A stretch of DNA of 64,000 bases from Octopus vulgaris (GCA_951406725.2 OX597826.1:70060001-70124000); one strand, 5' to 3'. Shown: positions 1 through 13,926, numbered from the stretch's first letter. Notes: a model not told the origin generated them from the sequence alone. Numbers and translations: made by a program.

Positions 1-272
1 AAATTTCGATAAATACAAAGCTGAACATCGTAAATTTCTTAGATACTACAGTAAAACTAAAACAGGTAAACAACATAAGACCCTAAACACAACAAAGAAA
101 ACAACTTATATACATAAATAGGAAGTCCATCCATCCGCCTACGAACACATTGCTTGTTGGAGATGATATTAGCTGACGTATGTCAAGTGTGTCATCAAGC
201 AGAAATTTTATAATAATGCCCTTCATTGCAATTAATCCCTAACTAGGAGGGTTGTTTAACAAAAAGCTGAAG
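1..272 (+). mobile_element. Penelope-like element (PLE) reverse transcriptase remnant, C-terminal RT region
   Basis: Manual translation gives ISINTKLNIVNFLDTTVKLK (from 3) and, after a frameshift, YINRKSIHPP, matching PLE RT motifs VNFLDxT and YIxxxSxHPP; degenerate. Confidence 0.75.
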
Positions 273-283
273 CAAAATGGGAA

Positions 284-322
<39 letters not shown>

Positions 323-485
323 AAACTTACGTTTGTTTTTAGAAGCGTCGAATGCGTACCGTACTATACAGACAAGAAATTAATATTTCGAATGCAGTAT
401 TGCTGTTAAAACAGCAGAAAAACTGGGTATTATTACCCTTAGAAGGTGGAAAAATTGTCAACAAACAGCCACTATATATATATAT

Positions 486-772
486 TGGTTAGAGCAGCGG
501 ACTCGTGGTTATAGGATCGCGGTTTCGATTCTCAGACCGGGCGTTGTGAGTGCTTATTGAGCGAAAACACCTAAAGCTCCATGAGGCTCCGGCAGAGGGC
601 GGGGGGTGATCTCTGCTGTACTCTTTCACCACAACTTTCTCCCACTCTTTCTTCTGTTGGCCTGCTCGCTTAGCCAGCGGGGTAGCATCATTGAAGGCTA
701 AAACAATGCGAAGCGCATTGTGACCAGCGATGTGTAGCAACATCTGATGGCCTGGTTGGTCACGTCACGTGA
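486..772 (+). mobile_element. tRNA-derived SINE, family C
   Basis: A-box-like tggttagagcag and B-box-like ggtttcgattc; homologous copy at 24238-24510. Confidence 0.8.
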
Positions 773-789
773 TATATATATATTTATAC

Positions 790-924
790 AATGGGCTTCT
801 TTCAGTTTCCATCTACCAAAATCCACTAACAAGGCTTTGGTCGGGCCGAGGCTATAATAGAAAGTGCCACGCAATGGGACTGAACCCGGAACCATGTGTT
901 TGGTAAGCAGCCACTCCTGCGCCT
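790..924 (-). mobile_element. SINE family A, 5' head module, inverted relative to the adjacent tail module
   Basis: Reverse complement matches the head of the full copy at 49178-49345. Confidence 0.8.
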
Positions 925-992
925 ATACATATATATATATATGTGTGTGTATACATATTTACTCGTAAACGGTTATAGACATATAACCGTCG

Positions 993-1025
<33 letters not shown>

Positions 1026-1029
1026 ATAT

Positions 1030-1233
1030 GTTTGTGTGTCTGTGTTGGTTCCGCCAACATTGCTTGACAACCCATGCTGGTGTGTTTACGTCCTCGTAAC
1101 TTAGCGGTTTGGCAAAAGAGACCGATAGAATAAGTACTAGGCTTACAAATAAGAAGTCCTGGGTCGATTTACTCGACTAAAGGCGGTGCTCCAGCATGGC
1201 CACAGTCAAATGACTGAAACAAGTAAAAGAGTA
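1030..1233 (+). mobile_element. SINE family A, 3' module
   Basis: cttagcggtt...aaggcggtgctccagcatggccacagtcaaatgactgaaacaagtaaaagagta, as in the other family A copies. Confidence 0.85.
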
Positions 1234-1262
1234 TATATGTGTATATATATATGTGTATAAAC

Positions 1263-1300
<38 letters not shown>

Positions 1301-2239
1301 GTATACATATATATATACATATCTGTGTGTATGTGTGTGCGTATGCGTGTGTGTGCATATGTTTCACTACAATTCTCCAAGTGAGGAAAAAATTTTCATT
1401 GAAGTCTATCACACACACACACACACACACTCATGCACACACCTATGAACTCAGTCTTCAGCTTTGTGTGTGCGTATTTGTACAGGTTAGTTAATGAACT
1501 AGTAAACTACTAGCAAAGCAATTAATTCAAAATTAATTATAGTTATTTGTTTCGTTACATTCTACTGTATATTTCTGTCCTGAGATATTCTCAAACGAAT
1601 ACAACATTTCGTTCTTAGTATACTATTTGAATGTACGGTTTAGATAACTAAAGTTTTACGGTGGACTTTTAAAATCTTAATGATGTTTGTACCTACTGGT
1701 TACAAAATTCAGGAAATTATTTATAGGAAGGAAGAGGTATTTGAAAGAAAACAAAATGGATTAATTCGTAATAAGGTCTTCTCTTGAGTCTGTGATATTC
1801 AAACCACGAAGCGATTCTGAGGGGATGAAACTTAAAAGGAGGAAAAAATAGAAGTGTCTGTGAGACAGCGCCAAAAAAGGCTGGAGGGGACGAGAGAGAA
1901 AAGCATAGAAGCAGTATAAGTATAATGTGCTTAGGTCAACTATAGAACAGGTAACTAATCTCGAAAAGATTGTAAAGCTAAATCTTTTGCTTTGACAAAG
2001 TTTATAAATTCCCATAAATTAAATTACGTTTAAAGTATGCGGTTACCTTTGATTTCTATAAATCGATAAAATGAAAGCTTTTAAAATTGATGTATGCATG
2101 TATGTGTATAAGAGAGAGAGAGAGAGGGAGAGAGAGACAAACAGACAGACAGAGACAGAGAGAAATAAACGAAGGACTGGTTTGATATTTGAAAGGGTTG
2201 GTAAATGAAATAGGTCGAAGAAGAATGAAAGGATGAAGA

Positions 2240-2338
2240 GAAGAAGAAGAAGAAGAAGAAGAAGAAGAAGAAGAAGGAGGAGGAGGAGGAGGAGGAGGAG
2301 GAGGAGGAGGAGAAGAAGAAGAAGAAGAAGAAGAAGAA
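2240..2338. repeat. (GAA)n/(GGA)n microsatellite
   Basis: Direct inspection. Confidence 0.95.
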
Positions 2339-2890
2339 ATGTTCGGTCAGTTTGTAAGAGATGTGAACGCCAAGACAGATACTGAGGACCAGTGGCTATG
2401 GATGAGGAGTGACCTGAGGATAGAGACAGAAGCACTCATGAGCGCGACTCAGGAACAAGCATTAAGGACCAACTATATGAAGTGCAGAATAGACAACACT
2501 ACTGAGAAGGACAAATGCAGAATGTGTGGTGAAAGGGGTGAAACGGTATGGCACATCGTTAGCAAATGTCCTAAATTGGCACAACGCAAATTCAAAACAC
2601 GCCATGACAATTGTGGCAAGAATGATCCATTGAAGATTCTGTGAAAATCACAGCCTACAAAGAGCAAAGACGTGATATGAGAAAATTTCAGGAGTCAAGA
2701 AAAACGAGAATTGCAAAATCCTGTGGGATTCAATGATCCAATACGACCACCCGACCAGACATTGTTGTAGTGAATGAATATGTATGATAATCGACATAGC
2801 ATGCCTCGGTGACAACAGTATCAATGTGAAAGAAAAAGAAAAAATAAACAATTATGGCAATTTGAAGCGGAAAAAACGAAGGTTGTGGTC
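2339..2890 (+). mobile_element. RLE-type (R4/Dong-like) non-LTR retrotransposon fragment: zinc knuckle plus restriction-like endonuclease
   Basis: ORF 2339-2644 has QEQALRTN and CRMCGERGETVWHIVSKC...RHDN; downstream frames give ILWDSMIQYD, RPDIVV, IIDIACLGD and KEKEKINNY. Confidence 0.9.
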
Positions 2891-3287
2891 AAGGGGCTAC
2901 ACACAGAGAGGACGAACAAGGACAGACAAACGGATTAAGTCGATTATATGAAAGCTTTATAACTGGTACTTACTTAATCGATACCGAAAGGATGAAAGGC
3001 AAAGTCGACCGCGGCGGAATTTGAACTCAGAACGTAACGACAAACGAAATACCTATTCTTTTACTACCCACAAGGGGCTAAACACAGAGGGGACAAACAA
3101 GGACAGACAAACGGATTAAGTCGATTATATCGACCCCAGTGCGTCACTGGTACTTAATTTATCGACCCCGAAAGGATGAAAGGCAAAGTTGACCTCGGCG
3201 GAATTTGAACTCACAACGTAACGGCAGACGAAAATACGGCTACGCATTTCGCCCGGCATGCTAACATTTCTGCCAGCTCGCCGCCTT
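2891..3287 (-). mobile_element. SINE family B, two-unit array
   Basis: Reverse complement of the ggcggcgagctggcagaa head plus two 184-bp-type units. Confidence 0.85.
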
Positions 3288-3516
3288 TACAGGGCGGATA
3301 CCCAACAGAACACAACTCGCATTACAATACAAACAATAAAAGACTCAAGCCAAAGCTCACCACAAAACAAACTGATGCAATACAATGCCGAAAAGAGCTT
3401 GTACTCCCCCGATAACAACAACGAATAAGGACAACACAATACTGTACACACATCAGCTAAACAAAGGTGTAGCAGGTGATGCAGTTGAAATTCGCCTGAA
3501 ATTATCAAATATTGAA

Positions 3517-3546
3517 TGATGACGATGATGATGATGACGATGGTGG

Positions 3547-3613
<67 letters not shown>
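3517..3613. repeat. (GAT)n microsatellite
   Basis: Direct inspection. Confidence 0.95.
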
Positions 3614-3614
<1 letters not shown>

Positions 3615-4116
3615 CTGTCTAGATCATTTCGGTAAAAAGTATGGCGAGAGTATAAAGAAGAAGGGGAATGATTTTCCAGCATTTCTTTTAAATGGTATTA
3701 TAGAAAGATTTCAGATATCTTTCGAATTAGACGAAATTTAAAAAAAAAAAAACACATGAAAATATTGAAAATATTTGTTAAACAAATGTGATAATATAAA
3801 ACGAAATGAAAACTAAGATCTTTTGTATTCTGAGTCATGAATATTTATTTGGTTTGCCGTTGTAAAGAAACCACAAAATTATCTATTAAAAAAAACATGA
3901 GGTAAACAAACTTAGATTTGGGTTATAAAAATATGTGTTATTTTGAAAAAAAAAAAAATTTGGAGCGTAGTTTGTGAAAATGAGTAAAATACTAGCTTGG
4001 CAAAACAATATGAAGATAAAAATAAAAAAATGATAAACTGAAAGAACGGTTGAAACTGGAAAATAAAGGAATTGGTTTCAGATACCAGCTTTTAGTTGCA
4101 ACATGAGCAAAATCGG

Positions 4117-4468
4117 GAGGAGAAGAAGAAGAAGAAGAAGAAGAAGAAGAAGAAGAAGAAGAAGAAGAAGAAGAAGAAGGAGGAGGAGGAGGAGGAGGAG
4201 GAGGAGGAGGAGGAGGAGGAAAAGAAGGGGAGGAGGAGGAGGTGGAGGAGAAGGAGGAGAAGAAGAAAAGGAGGGGAGAGGAAGAAGAAGAAGAAGGAGG
4301 AGGAGGAGGAGGAGGAGGAAAAGGGAGGAGGAAAAGAAGATGAGGAGGAAAAGAAGGGGAGGAGGAGGAGGTGGAGGAGAAGGAGGAGAAGAAGAAGGGG
4401 AGTGGGAAGAGGAGAAGGAGAAGAAGAAGAAGACGAAGAAGAAGAAGAAGAAGAAGAAGAAGAAGAAA
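4117..4468. repeat. Compound (GAA)/(GGA) polypurine tract with an internal duplication of about 55 bp
   Basis: ggaggaaaagaaggggaggaggaggaggtggaggagaagg occurs twice. Confidence 0.9.
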
Positions 4469-4952
4469 ATGAAAGTAAGTGAAATAAAGTGGCGGGTGTC
4501 GGGTTGGTTTAAATCTACAAATAAGGAATTAGTATATAAGTTTAGAACAAAATAAAACAAGGTACTTTGGGGGATAACTAATATCCGGTTCTAATTTTAG
4601 AGGAACTTGATAGGTAAGAAATAAAAGAACAACCCGGTGGGGTTTTTTTTTTAGTTGTTTTGTTTTGTTTTGTGTTGTTTTTTGTTTATTTCTTTTCTGC
4701 TTTTTATTTGTTTGCAATTCTTTTCTTCTTCCTCTTCTTCTCCCTTCTTCTTTCCTAAGTTAAATTTTAGAAATTCTAATCTTATCAGTGCAAACCTTGT
4801 TTGCATTTTAAAAGTCCGCCCTAAATTTAATTGTTTCGAAGCTATATATTTAACAAATGACATCCGCATTTTGTATTAGTTTGATAAGATAAGGCTGAAA
4901 CATACTGCAAATTGTAGTGAAACAAAAAATTAATAATAATAATTCCGAGTAA

Positions 4953-5716
4953 AACGACGAGCTGGCGGAACCGTTAGCACGCCGGGCGAAATGCGTAGCC
5001 GTATTTCGTCAGCCGTTATGTTCTGAGTTCAAATTCCGCCAAGGTCGACTTTGCCTTTCATCCTTTCGGGGTCGATAAATTAAATACCAGTTACGCACTG
5101 GGGTCGGTGTAATCGTCTTAATCCGTTTGCCTGTCCTTGTTTGTCCCTTCTGTGTTTAGCCCCTTGTGGTTAGTAAAGAAATAGGTATTTCGTCTGCCGC
5201 TACGTTCTGATTTCAAATTCCGCCGAGGTCGACTTTGCCTTTCATCCTTTCGGGGTCGATAAACTAAATACCAGTTACGCACTGGGGTCGGTGTAATCGT
5301 CTTAATCCGTTTGTCTGTCCATGTTTGTCCCTTCTGTGTTTAGCCCCTTGTGGGTAGTAAAGAAAGAGGTATTTCGTCTGTCGCTACCTTCTGATTTCAA
5401 ATTCCGCCGAGGTCGACTTTGCCTTTCATCCTTTCGGAGTCGATAAATTAAGTACCAGTTACGCACTGGGGTCGATGTAATCGACTTAATCCCTTTGTCT
5501 GTCCTTGTTTGTCAACTCTATGTTTAGCCCCTTGTGGGTAGTAAAAAAATAGGTATTTTGTCCGGGTTTACATTGTGAGTTCAAATCCTGCCGAGGCGGA
5601 CTTTGCCTTTCATCTTTTCGGAGATGGATAAAATAAGTACCAGATGACCATTAGGGTCGAGATAATCGACTTGCTCCTCCCCTGGAATTGCTGACTTTAT
5701 TAACCAAAATGAAACC
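4953..5716 (+). mobile_element. SINE family B tandem array: head plus four units, 184-bp period
   Basis: Unit starts at 5001, 5185, 5369 and 5553; the last unit has the alternative tail; another head fragment follows at about 5733-5850. Confidence 0.9.
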
Positions 5717-6059
5717 GATATTAATTCCCAGTCAAGGCGGGGAACTGGCAGAATCGTTTGCACGCCGGGCAAAATGCCTTGCGGTATTTCGTTCATCTGT
5801 ACGCCCTTAGTTCAAATCCCGCTGTGGCCAACTTTGCCATTCATCCTTTCATGCTCAGACAGTTAAGTGTCATACAGATTAGATTTAGAGGTGAGAAAGG
5901 GATTGTGGGTGCCTGTGTGACTGTCTGGAATGTGAGAAGAGGATAAAACAAGTTGTTGTAAGGGTAGGGGCTGGGACCAGCTGATAATTTGTTGGGTGTT
6001 AATTATTTCATTTACAAACCCATTTATGTCTATTTCTCCTTTGAAGTTGAACTTTTTTT

Positions 6060-7097
6060 CAAAGCATTAACGTATTATACAGAATATCCACTAAAGACTT
6101 CACCATTCAAGTTCGGAATTATATATCTCAAATGTCAAGAAACTGCGATGATGTGCACAATTATATAATAAACTAGAAGAGACTAGTAATAAATCTAAAT
6201 ACGGATATTCACCAAACAGATTTCTTCAATCCTTTGAAGAAAACCTATTTTCACTAATAAAATACCTTGTTTAGAAAAAATAAAAAATACGGTTTCCAAA
6301 ATAATTTTATAACAGAAATTACGTGACATAAAAAAAAATGCCAAGCAAATCGAATAAGATTAAAAGATTTTACAAAAATCGATAAATACGCACTGTAGAC
6401 TAATTTCCAACTTTACTACAAAAACGTACAAGAATACCAATCGGAATGCACTTGATGAAATCAACATCCATGGTCAAAGAATTACAGTGAATTTAATTAT
6501 AGATGATATAACGGAACCATTATCTCTCAAATCTCCTTACTTTACTCTCAAAGATCACAAAGCAGAATTTAACAAAAACCTGCTATTAAAGTTATAAACA
6601 CCACAAAAGCTGACAAAGGAATAATATGCAAAACTTTACCGGATAAACTACTTCCTACAGTTAAGTAGGTATCACCATAACCTTTATCGTAGACTACCAA
6701 AGAAGTCATAAAATTTTTCAGACTTATTCCGCACAAAAACGACATCAAATTTTTACTGTTCAACATAAAAGGATACCATTCTTTCACGACACTACATGTA
6801 TTAGGTAAGTATCTTAACTTTGGAAAATCACTAACCTACATCAAAGATTTTGATGTAGACAATAGTCCATACTCATAAATTTGTTATAGTTATGTCTACT
6901 TGATTAAAAAAAATATGTACACCGTGAGGTAAATACAAAACATGGATGCTGATGACTTGGCAGAAATAAGCGACGGCCTTTGTTATATAATCTGGAAGAA
7001 TATACCGAGATGATGGGTTACTGACCCCGTGCAAGTGCAATCAAGAAATAACAGACGGAATTAGGAGGAACGTAAAACTTAAAATTATTATTTTTTT

Positions 7098-7168
<71 letters not shown>

Positions 7169-7209
7169 CATTATTATTATTATTATTATCATTATTATTA
7201 TTATTATTA

Positions 7210-7286
<77 letters not shown>

Positions 7287-7570
7287 TTTTTTTTTTTTTT
7301 TTTTTGTCAAATAATTTCGATCACTGATTAGCATTAAAGCAACCCTTACTAAAACCAATTTCCTGTTACTTTAGACCGTTAGAATCCCTTTTAGCTCCCT
7401 TTTCAGGAAATCTAACGAATATTCATAAATTCTAGAACTACGCTAACGGCATTATAAACTATCCAAGGAATATTTCTGACAGATTACCCAAACTATTTCT
7501 AAATAAGCAAATTTCTTCAAAAACTTCACCGGTGTCTTAGCAAGAAGTGGGTTTAAAAAGAATATTAGGT
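6060..7570 (+). mobile_element. Penelope-like element RT pseudogene, split by a (TTA)n/poly-T tract
   Basis: Translates with stops and frameshifts to SFEENLFSLIK, TTKTYK, YFTLKDHKAEF, KVINTTKADKG, EVIKFF...FLLFNIKGY, catalytic YRDDGL (7003-7020) and, after the microsatellite, LARSGFKKNI. Confidence 0.88.
7086..7305. repeat. (TTA)n microsatellite plus poly-T
   Basis: Direct inspection. Confidence 0.95.
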
Positions 7571-7822
7571 GGGATTCTGGTTTATGCATGGCATATAACC
7601 CTTCATAACTTTTAATTTTAAGGAATTTTCAGAAAAATTTTACGAATTTGTATTCTACACAGGGGAATTCACAAGGTTGTGATTTTTTTTAATGTTTCGA
7701 AATTTTAAAGCAAAAACTTTTTGGTGTATTTTTCGAATTTTTTTACAAAATTAGTTTAAAATACAGAGAGTCCGAATTTTTGGCTTAAATCCCAGGAATT
7801 TGTTTACTGAAATGATCTAGAT

Positions 7823-7902
<80 letters not shown>

Positions 7903-7999
7903 CATCATCACCATCACCATCATCATCATCACCATCATCATCACCATCATCATCATCATCACCATCACCATCATCATCATCATCATCATCATTATCATC

Positions 8000-8031
<32 letters not shown>

Positions 8032-8198
8032 CACCATCATCATCGTCATCATCATCATCATCACCATCACCATCATCATCATCACCACCATCATCATCGT
8101 CATCATCATCATCACCATCACCATCATCATCATCACCACCATCATCATCGTCATCATCACCATCACCATCACCATCATCATCATCATCATCATCATCA
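7823..8198. repeat. (CAT)n/(CAC) compound microsatellite
   Basis: Direct inspection; source of the poly-M and poly-D ORFs. Confidence 0.95.
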
Positions 8199-8284
8199 TT
8201 AGATGTGTTTATGGGGAGGAAAATATCTAAAAAAACATCAACACGTGAGACTGACAAACAAACAAGAAGAGTATGAGGTGGTCA

Positions 8285-8600
8285 TGAATCGACTCCAGTA
8301 CATTTTCTAACCCTGGTACTTATTTTATCGGTCCCTTTTGCCAGAGGGCATTAAGTTACAGGGACGTAAACACGCCAAAACCAATTGACCAACGGTAGTG
8401 AGGCACAAATACACACACACACACACACACATATGTATGTATACGACGGGATTCTTTCAGTTTCCGCCTACCAAATCCACTAACAAGGCTTTGGTTGTGT
8501 CCAAGGCTATAATAGAAGACACTTGCTCAAGGTGCCATGTAGAGAGACTGAACCCAGAACTATACGGTTTCGAAGCAAGCTTCTTACCACACAGCCGCCG
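8285..8600 (-). mobile_element. Degenerate SINE family A copy
   Basis: ttctttcagtttccgcctaccaaatccac...gaagacacttgctcaaggtgcca matches family A. Confidence 0.7.
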
Positions 8601-8729
8601 CTACATTCTTCGGGTAATCATTTAGTTTCTAATCCACACTTTTCTTTATCGCTTTCACATCTCCAAGCTCAATGGTTTTCCAGTTTTAATGTTAACTTTC
8701 TTCAGCCAAAAATATATTTTTATTATTAA

Positions 8730-9126
8730 CTAGCAGTATCGCCCGGCGTTGCTCGGGTTTGTAAGGGAAATAACTATATAAGCATTTTTAGAGATGTAAA
8801 GTATAATAGCCATCTCAATATGGCTAACCACAAAGTGGGGTGTTACTGTAGCTTTTTTCGTTCTGAGATTTAATAATACATTTTTAGAGAGTTACTTCCC
8901 TTATATAATAGCAAAAAACATGCATTAAAAATGGGGAAAAAATGATGGTAATTTTTTTTTTAAATCGTAGACTCATCGTAGACGCGCACTAATACCCAGA
9001 AGGGCTTGATATGAATCACGACTATAAGATACCCGCTTTTGGTTACACTGCACCGCAAAATGTGGGAGTAGTTAGGAATCTAAATCGTAGGAGACAGACA
9101 CACAACTTAACTTTTATATATAAAGA
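8730..9126 (-). mobile_element. Non-autonomous Helitron
   Basis: On the minus strand starts TC, ends with hairpin cccgagcaacgccggg followed by CTAG, sits between A and T with no TSD; termini shared with 39788-40320 and 48258-48647. Confidence 0.8.
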
Positions 9127-9198
9127 TTTATTTCAAATAAATATTGACTTCAGTTTTCAATCCACTATTTTTCGTCTCTTCTCAATATCATTTCAATA

Positions 9199-10251
9199 CC
9201 AAGGCGGCGAACTGGCAGAAACGTTAGCACGCCAGGCGAAATACTTAGGGATATTTCATTTGTCTTTACGTTCTGATTTCAAATTCCGCCGAGCTCGAAT
9301 TTGCCTTTTATCCTTTCGGGGTCGGTAAATTACGTACCAGTTGCGTACTGAGCTCGATCTAATCGACTGGCCCACTCCCCAAAAGTTTCGGGCCTTGTGC
9401 CTAGAGTAGAAAAGAATACCAAGACGGCGAGCTGACAGAAACGTTAGCATCCCTGGCGAAATACTTAGGGATATTTCATTTGTCTTTACGTTCTGATTTC
9501 AAATTCCGCCGAGGTCGACTTTACCTTTCATCCTTTCGGGGTCGGCAAATTACGTACCAGTTGCGTACTGACCTCCATCTAATCGACTGGCCCACTCCCC
9601 AAAAGTTTCGGGCCTTGCGCCTAGAGTAGAAAAGAATACCAAGACGGCGAGCTGACAGAAACGTTAGCATCCCTGGCGAAATACTTAGCGGTATTTCGTC
9701 TGCCGTTACGTTCTGAGTTCAAATTCCGCCGAGGTCGACTTTGCCTTTCATCCTTTCGAGATCGATTAAATAAGTACCAGTTACGCACTGGGGTCGATAT
9801 AATCGACTTAATCCGTTTGTCTGTTCTTGTTCGTCCCCCCTGTGTTTAACCCCTTGTGGGTAGTAAAGAAATAGATATTTCGTCTGCCGCTACGTTCTGA
9901 GTTCAAATTCCGCCGAGGTCGACTTTGCCTTTCATCTTTTCGGGGTCGATAAATTAAGTACCAGTTACGCACTGAGGTCGATGTAATCGACTTAATCCCT
10001 TTGTCCTTGTTTGTCCCCTCTATGTTTAGCCCCTTGTGGGTAGTAAAGAAATAAGAAACGTTAGCACCCCTGGCGAAATGCTTGGCGGTATTTCGTTTGT
10101 CTTTACGTTCTGATTTCAAATTCCGCCGAGGTCGACTTTGCCTTTTATCCTTTCGGGGTCTGTAAATTACGTACCAGTTGCGTACTGAGGTCGATCTAAT
10201 CGACTGGCCCACTCCCCCAAAACTTCTGGCTTTGTGCCAAGCGTAGAAAAG
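9199..10251 (+). mobile_element. SINE family B five-unit array with mixed tails, bounded by a 15-bp TSD
   Basis: aatatcatttcaata at 9184-9198 and 10252-10266. Confidence 0.9.
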
Positions 10252-10424
10252 AATATCATTTCAATAACTTCGAATTTTATTTCTTGTAGCCTTTATAATA
10301 CCTTGTTAAAATTCATTTGGCTTACAATCTCTGTCTTCACTTCATTTGCAGTTACTTCCTAAAAGTATAGCATTTAGTTTTAGCGCTATTCATACTTTAA
10401 CAAGACATAATCAGTTATTAGTGA

Positions 10425-10700
10425 AGGCGTGTGGCCTACTGATTAGGTTCTTGCACTCTCACGATTGCTCATGATTGCAAGGCCGTGGTTTCAATTCCCA
10501 GACCGGGCGGTTATGATCTTCAGCAAAATACTTCGTTTCACGTCGCTCCAGTCCACTTGGCTGTAAATGGGTTAACCCAACGATGGACTGAAATTCCGTT
10601 CGATGGGGGTGCGGAATATTGGTCTGCCTGCCAAACCAACATGTAAGGAAGCGCAATGTGACTAGCAGTGTATAACAACACCCGTAGTCTGATCAATTCA
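10425..10700 (+). mobile_element. Degenerate tRNA-derived SINE, D-type head with C-type tail
   Basis: Head resembles 13927; tail gaagcgcaatgtgactagc resembles 710-730. Confidence 0.6.
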
Positions 10701-10984
10701 GTGATAAACAGTTACAATCAGATAAGATATGAGCAGTTATAATTTTATATATTATATATTTCGAATTCATTTTAATAAATTCGATAAGAAATTTCAGAAT
10801 TGCAAATAAAAAAGAAATAATTAAATATTTAATCTTTTTAATCTTTTAACCTTTTCATTGATCTTTCTGCTGAACTAAATGTCAGCTTAATCTTTTAATG
10901 TATTCATTAACCCCTACCATCATTTTCTTACTAATTATTTCTTTAATTAAGAAGTTACATACACATGAGTAAAAATTGGGTTTT

Positions 10985-11368
10985 AATTATTCCTACCGCA
11001 GAACGGGGCGCCACTGCATGGTGCCAAAGATTCCAACATCACCATCAAAATACAGGTCTAGATACTGCAACAGCTTGGGTTTCAGAGGACCACAGCTCTT
11101 TAACATCCTCCCTAAATGTCTGAGAGACTTATATGGTGTGGATGTGGGTTTCTTTAAAACTAAACTGGATCTCTTCTTGTCGGGGGTCCCAGATGAACCT
11201 ACCTCACGACAGGAGACACAGATGCGGGCAGCAGCATCGAACTCCCTTGTTGATCAAGTGCCACGTATCAGAGGTGGATTCACATATTAGTGTAGCTCAT
11301 TCAGCGGCGGTGCCCCAGCATGGCCGCGGCCTTCGGGCTAAAACATTTTTAAGGATTTAAGGATTTTA
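10985..11368 (+). mobile_element. CR1/L2-group LINE 3' fragment (ORF2 C-terminus, 3' UTR, short tandem tail)
   Basis: GPQLFNILPKCLRD...FKTKLDLFLSGVPDEP...SNSLVDQ, stop at 11290, tail tttaaggatttaaggattt. Confidence 0.85.
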
Positions 11369-11455
11369 CCATTTGTATTAATTTGTTTTAAAATTATGAT
11401 GATTCTTTTTATACATATTTTATTCAAAAAACGAAACTTTCTTTAACCACGAGCA

Positions 11456-11659
11456 TACTCTCTTTACTCTTTTACTTGTTTCAGTCATTTGACTGCGGCC
11501 ATGCTGGAGCACCGCCTTTAGTCGAGCAAATCGACCCCGGGACTTATTCTTTTGTAAGCCCAGTACTTATTCTATCGGTCTCTTTTGCCGAACCGCTAAG
11601 TGACGGGGACGTAAACACACCAGCAATGCTAGGGGACAAACACAGACACACAAACATAT

Positions 11660-11751
<92 letters not shown>

Positions 11752-11914
11752 GACAGGCTTCTTTCAGTTTCCGTCTACCAAATCCACTCACAAGGCTTTG
11801 GTCGGCCCGAGGCTATAGTAGAAGACACTTGCCGAAGGTGCCACGCAGTGGGACTGAACCCGGAACCATGTGGTTGGTTAGCAAGCTACTTACCACACAG
11901 CCACTCCTGCGCCT
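11456..11914 (-). mobile_element. SINE family A, full length with internal (TA)n/(TG)n
   Basis: Head, microsatellite and 3' module all present. Confidence 0.9.
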
Positions 11915-12408
11915 ATTTCTTTTTCCTTTCTTTCTTTGAATTTAATCCAATCATATCTTTAATTTTATTTTTTTCCAAAATCTTTTCCTTTTTTTGCTTC
12001 TACCTGTTTTATCATGTTATCTTGGTTTTCCCAAACAAACTATTTCCCAGCTTTTGTTTTTTTTTTTATTCCCAGCCAACGTTCAGAATTTTCTTCGAAA
12101 TAACCCATATTTTTATAACCCAAATCTAAATAAATAGGTTTCCCTCATACTTTGCTAAAACATCATAATTACTTTATTCCCAAACCAAAATAAATATTCA
12201 TAACACTAAACATAGGGGACTTTAGTCTTCGTATATTTTTTATTTCACATTTGTTAAATCAATAATTTCAGTATCTTATATTTTATTATTTTATCTAATG
12301 CAGAAGATATCAATAAACCATCTAAAATTCCCTTTTAAAAAAATACTAGAAAACTATTCACACTTCATTTCATAAACCTGAGATTCTGTACATTTCTCTC
12401 GGAAAGCC

Positions 12409-12480
<72 letters not shown>

Positions 12481-12481
<1 letters not shown>

Positions 12482-12636
12482 GCTTTTGCTTTGTATTTGT
12501 ACAAGTTGACTCCAAGTCTTACCCGGAAACCTCAAGAGACAACATGTCAGAAGTTCAAGCTGGTGTTATGACTAGGGTGCCGTATATTTGGTTTTTCACA
12601 GAGTATTGTTCTAGAGACTGTCTGTCAAAACATAAG
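12481..12636 (-). mobile_element. 3' UTR fragment of a Dong/R4-like element inside a (TTA)n array
   Basis: Reverse complement matches the 3' UTR at about 20830-20950; (TTA)n on both sides. Confidence 0.7.
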
Positions 12637-12661
12637 TAATTTATTATTATTATTATTATCA

Positions 12662-12765
<104 letters not shown>

Positions 12766-12773
12766 CATCATTA

Positions 12774-13926
<1,153 letters not shown>

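Noticed and set aside
4480-4625. Possible exon ending at gatag|gtaaga
   Set aside because: Good donor-like word but no supportable reading frame or partner exon
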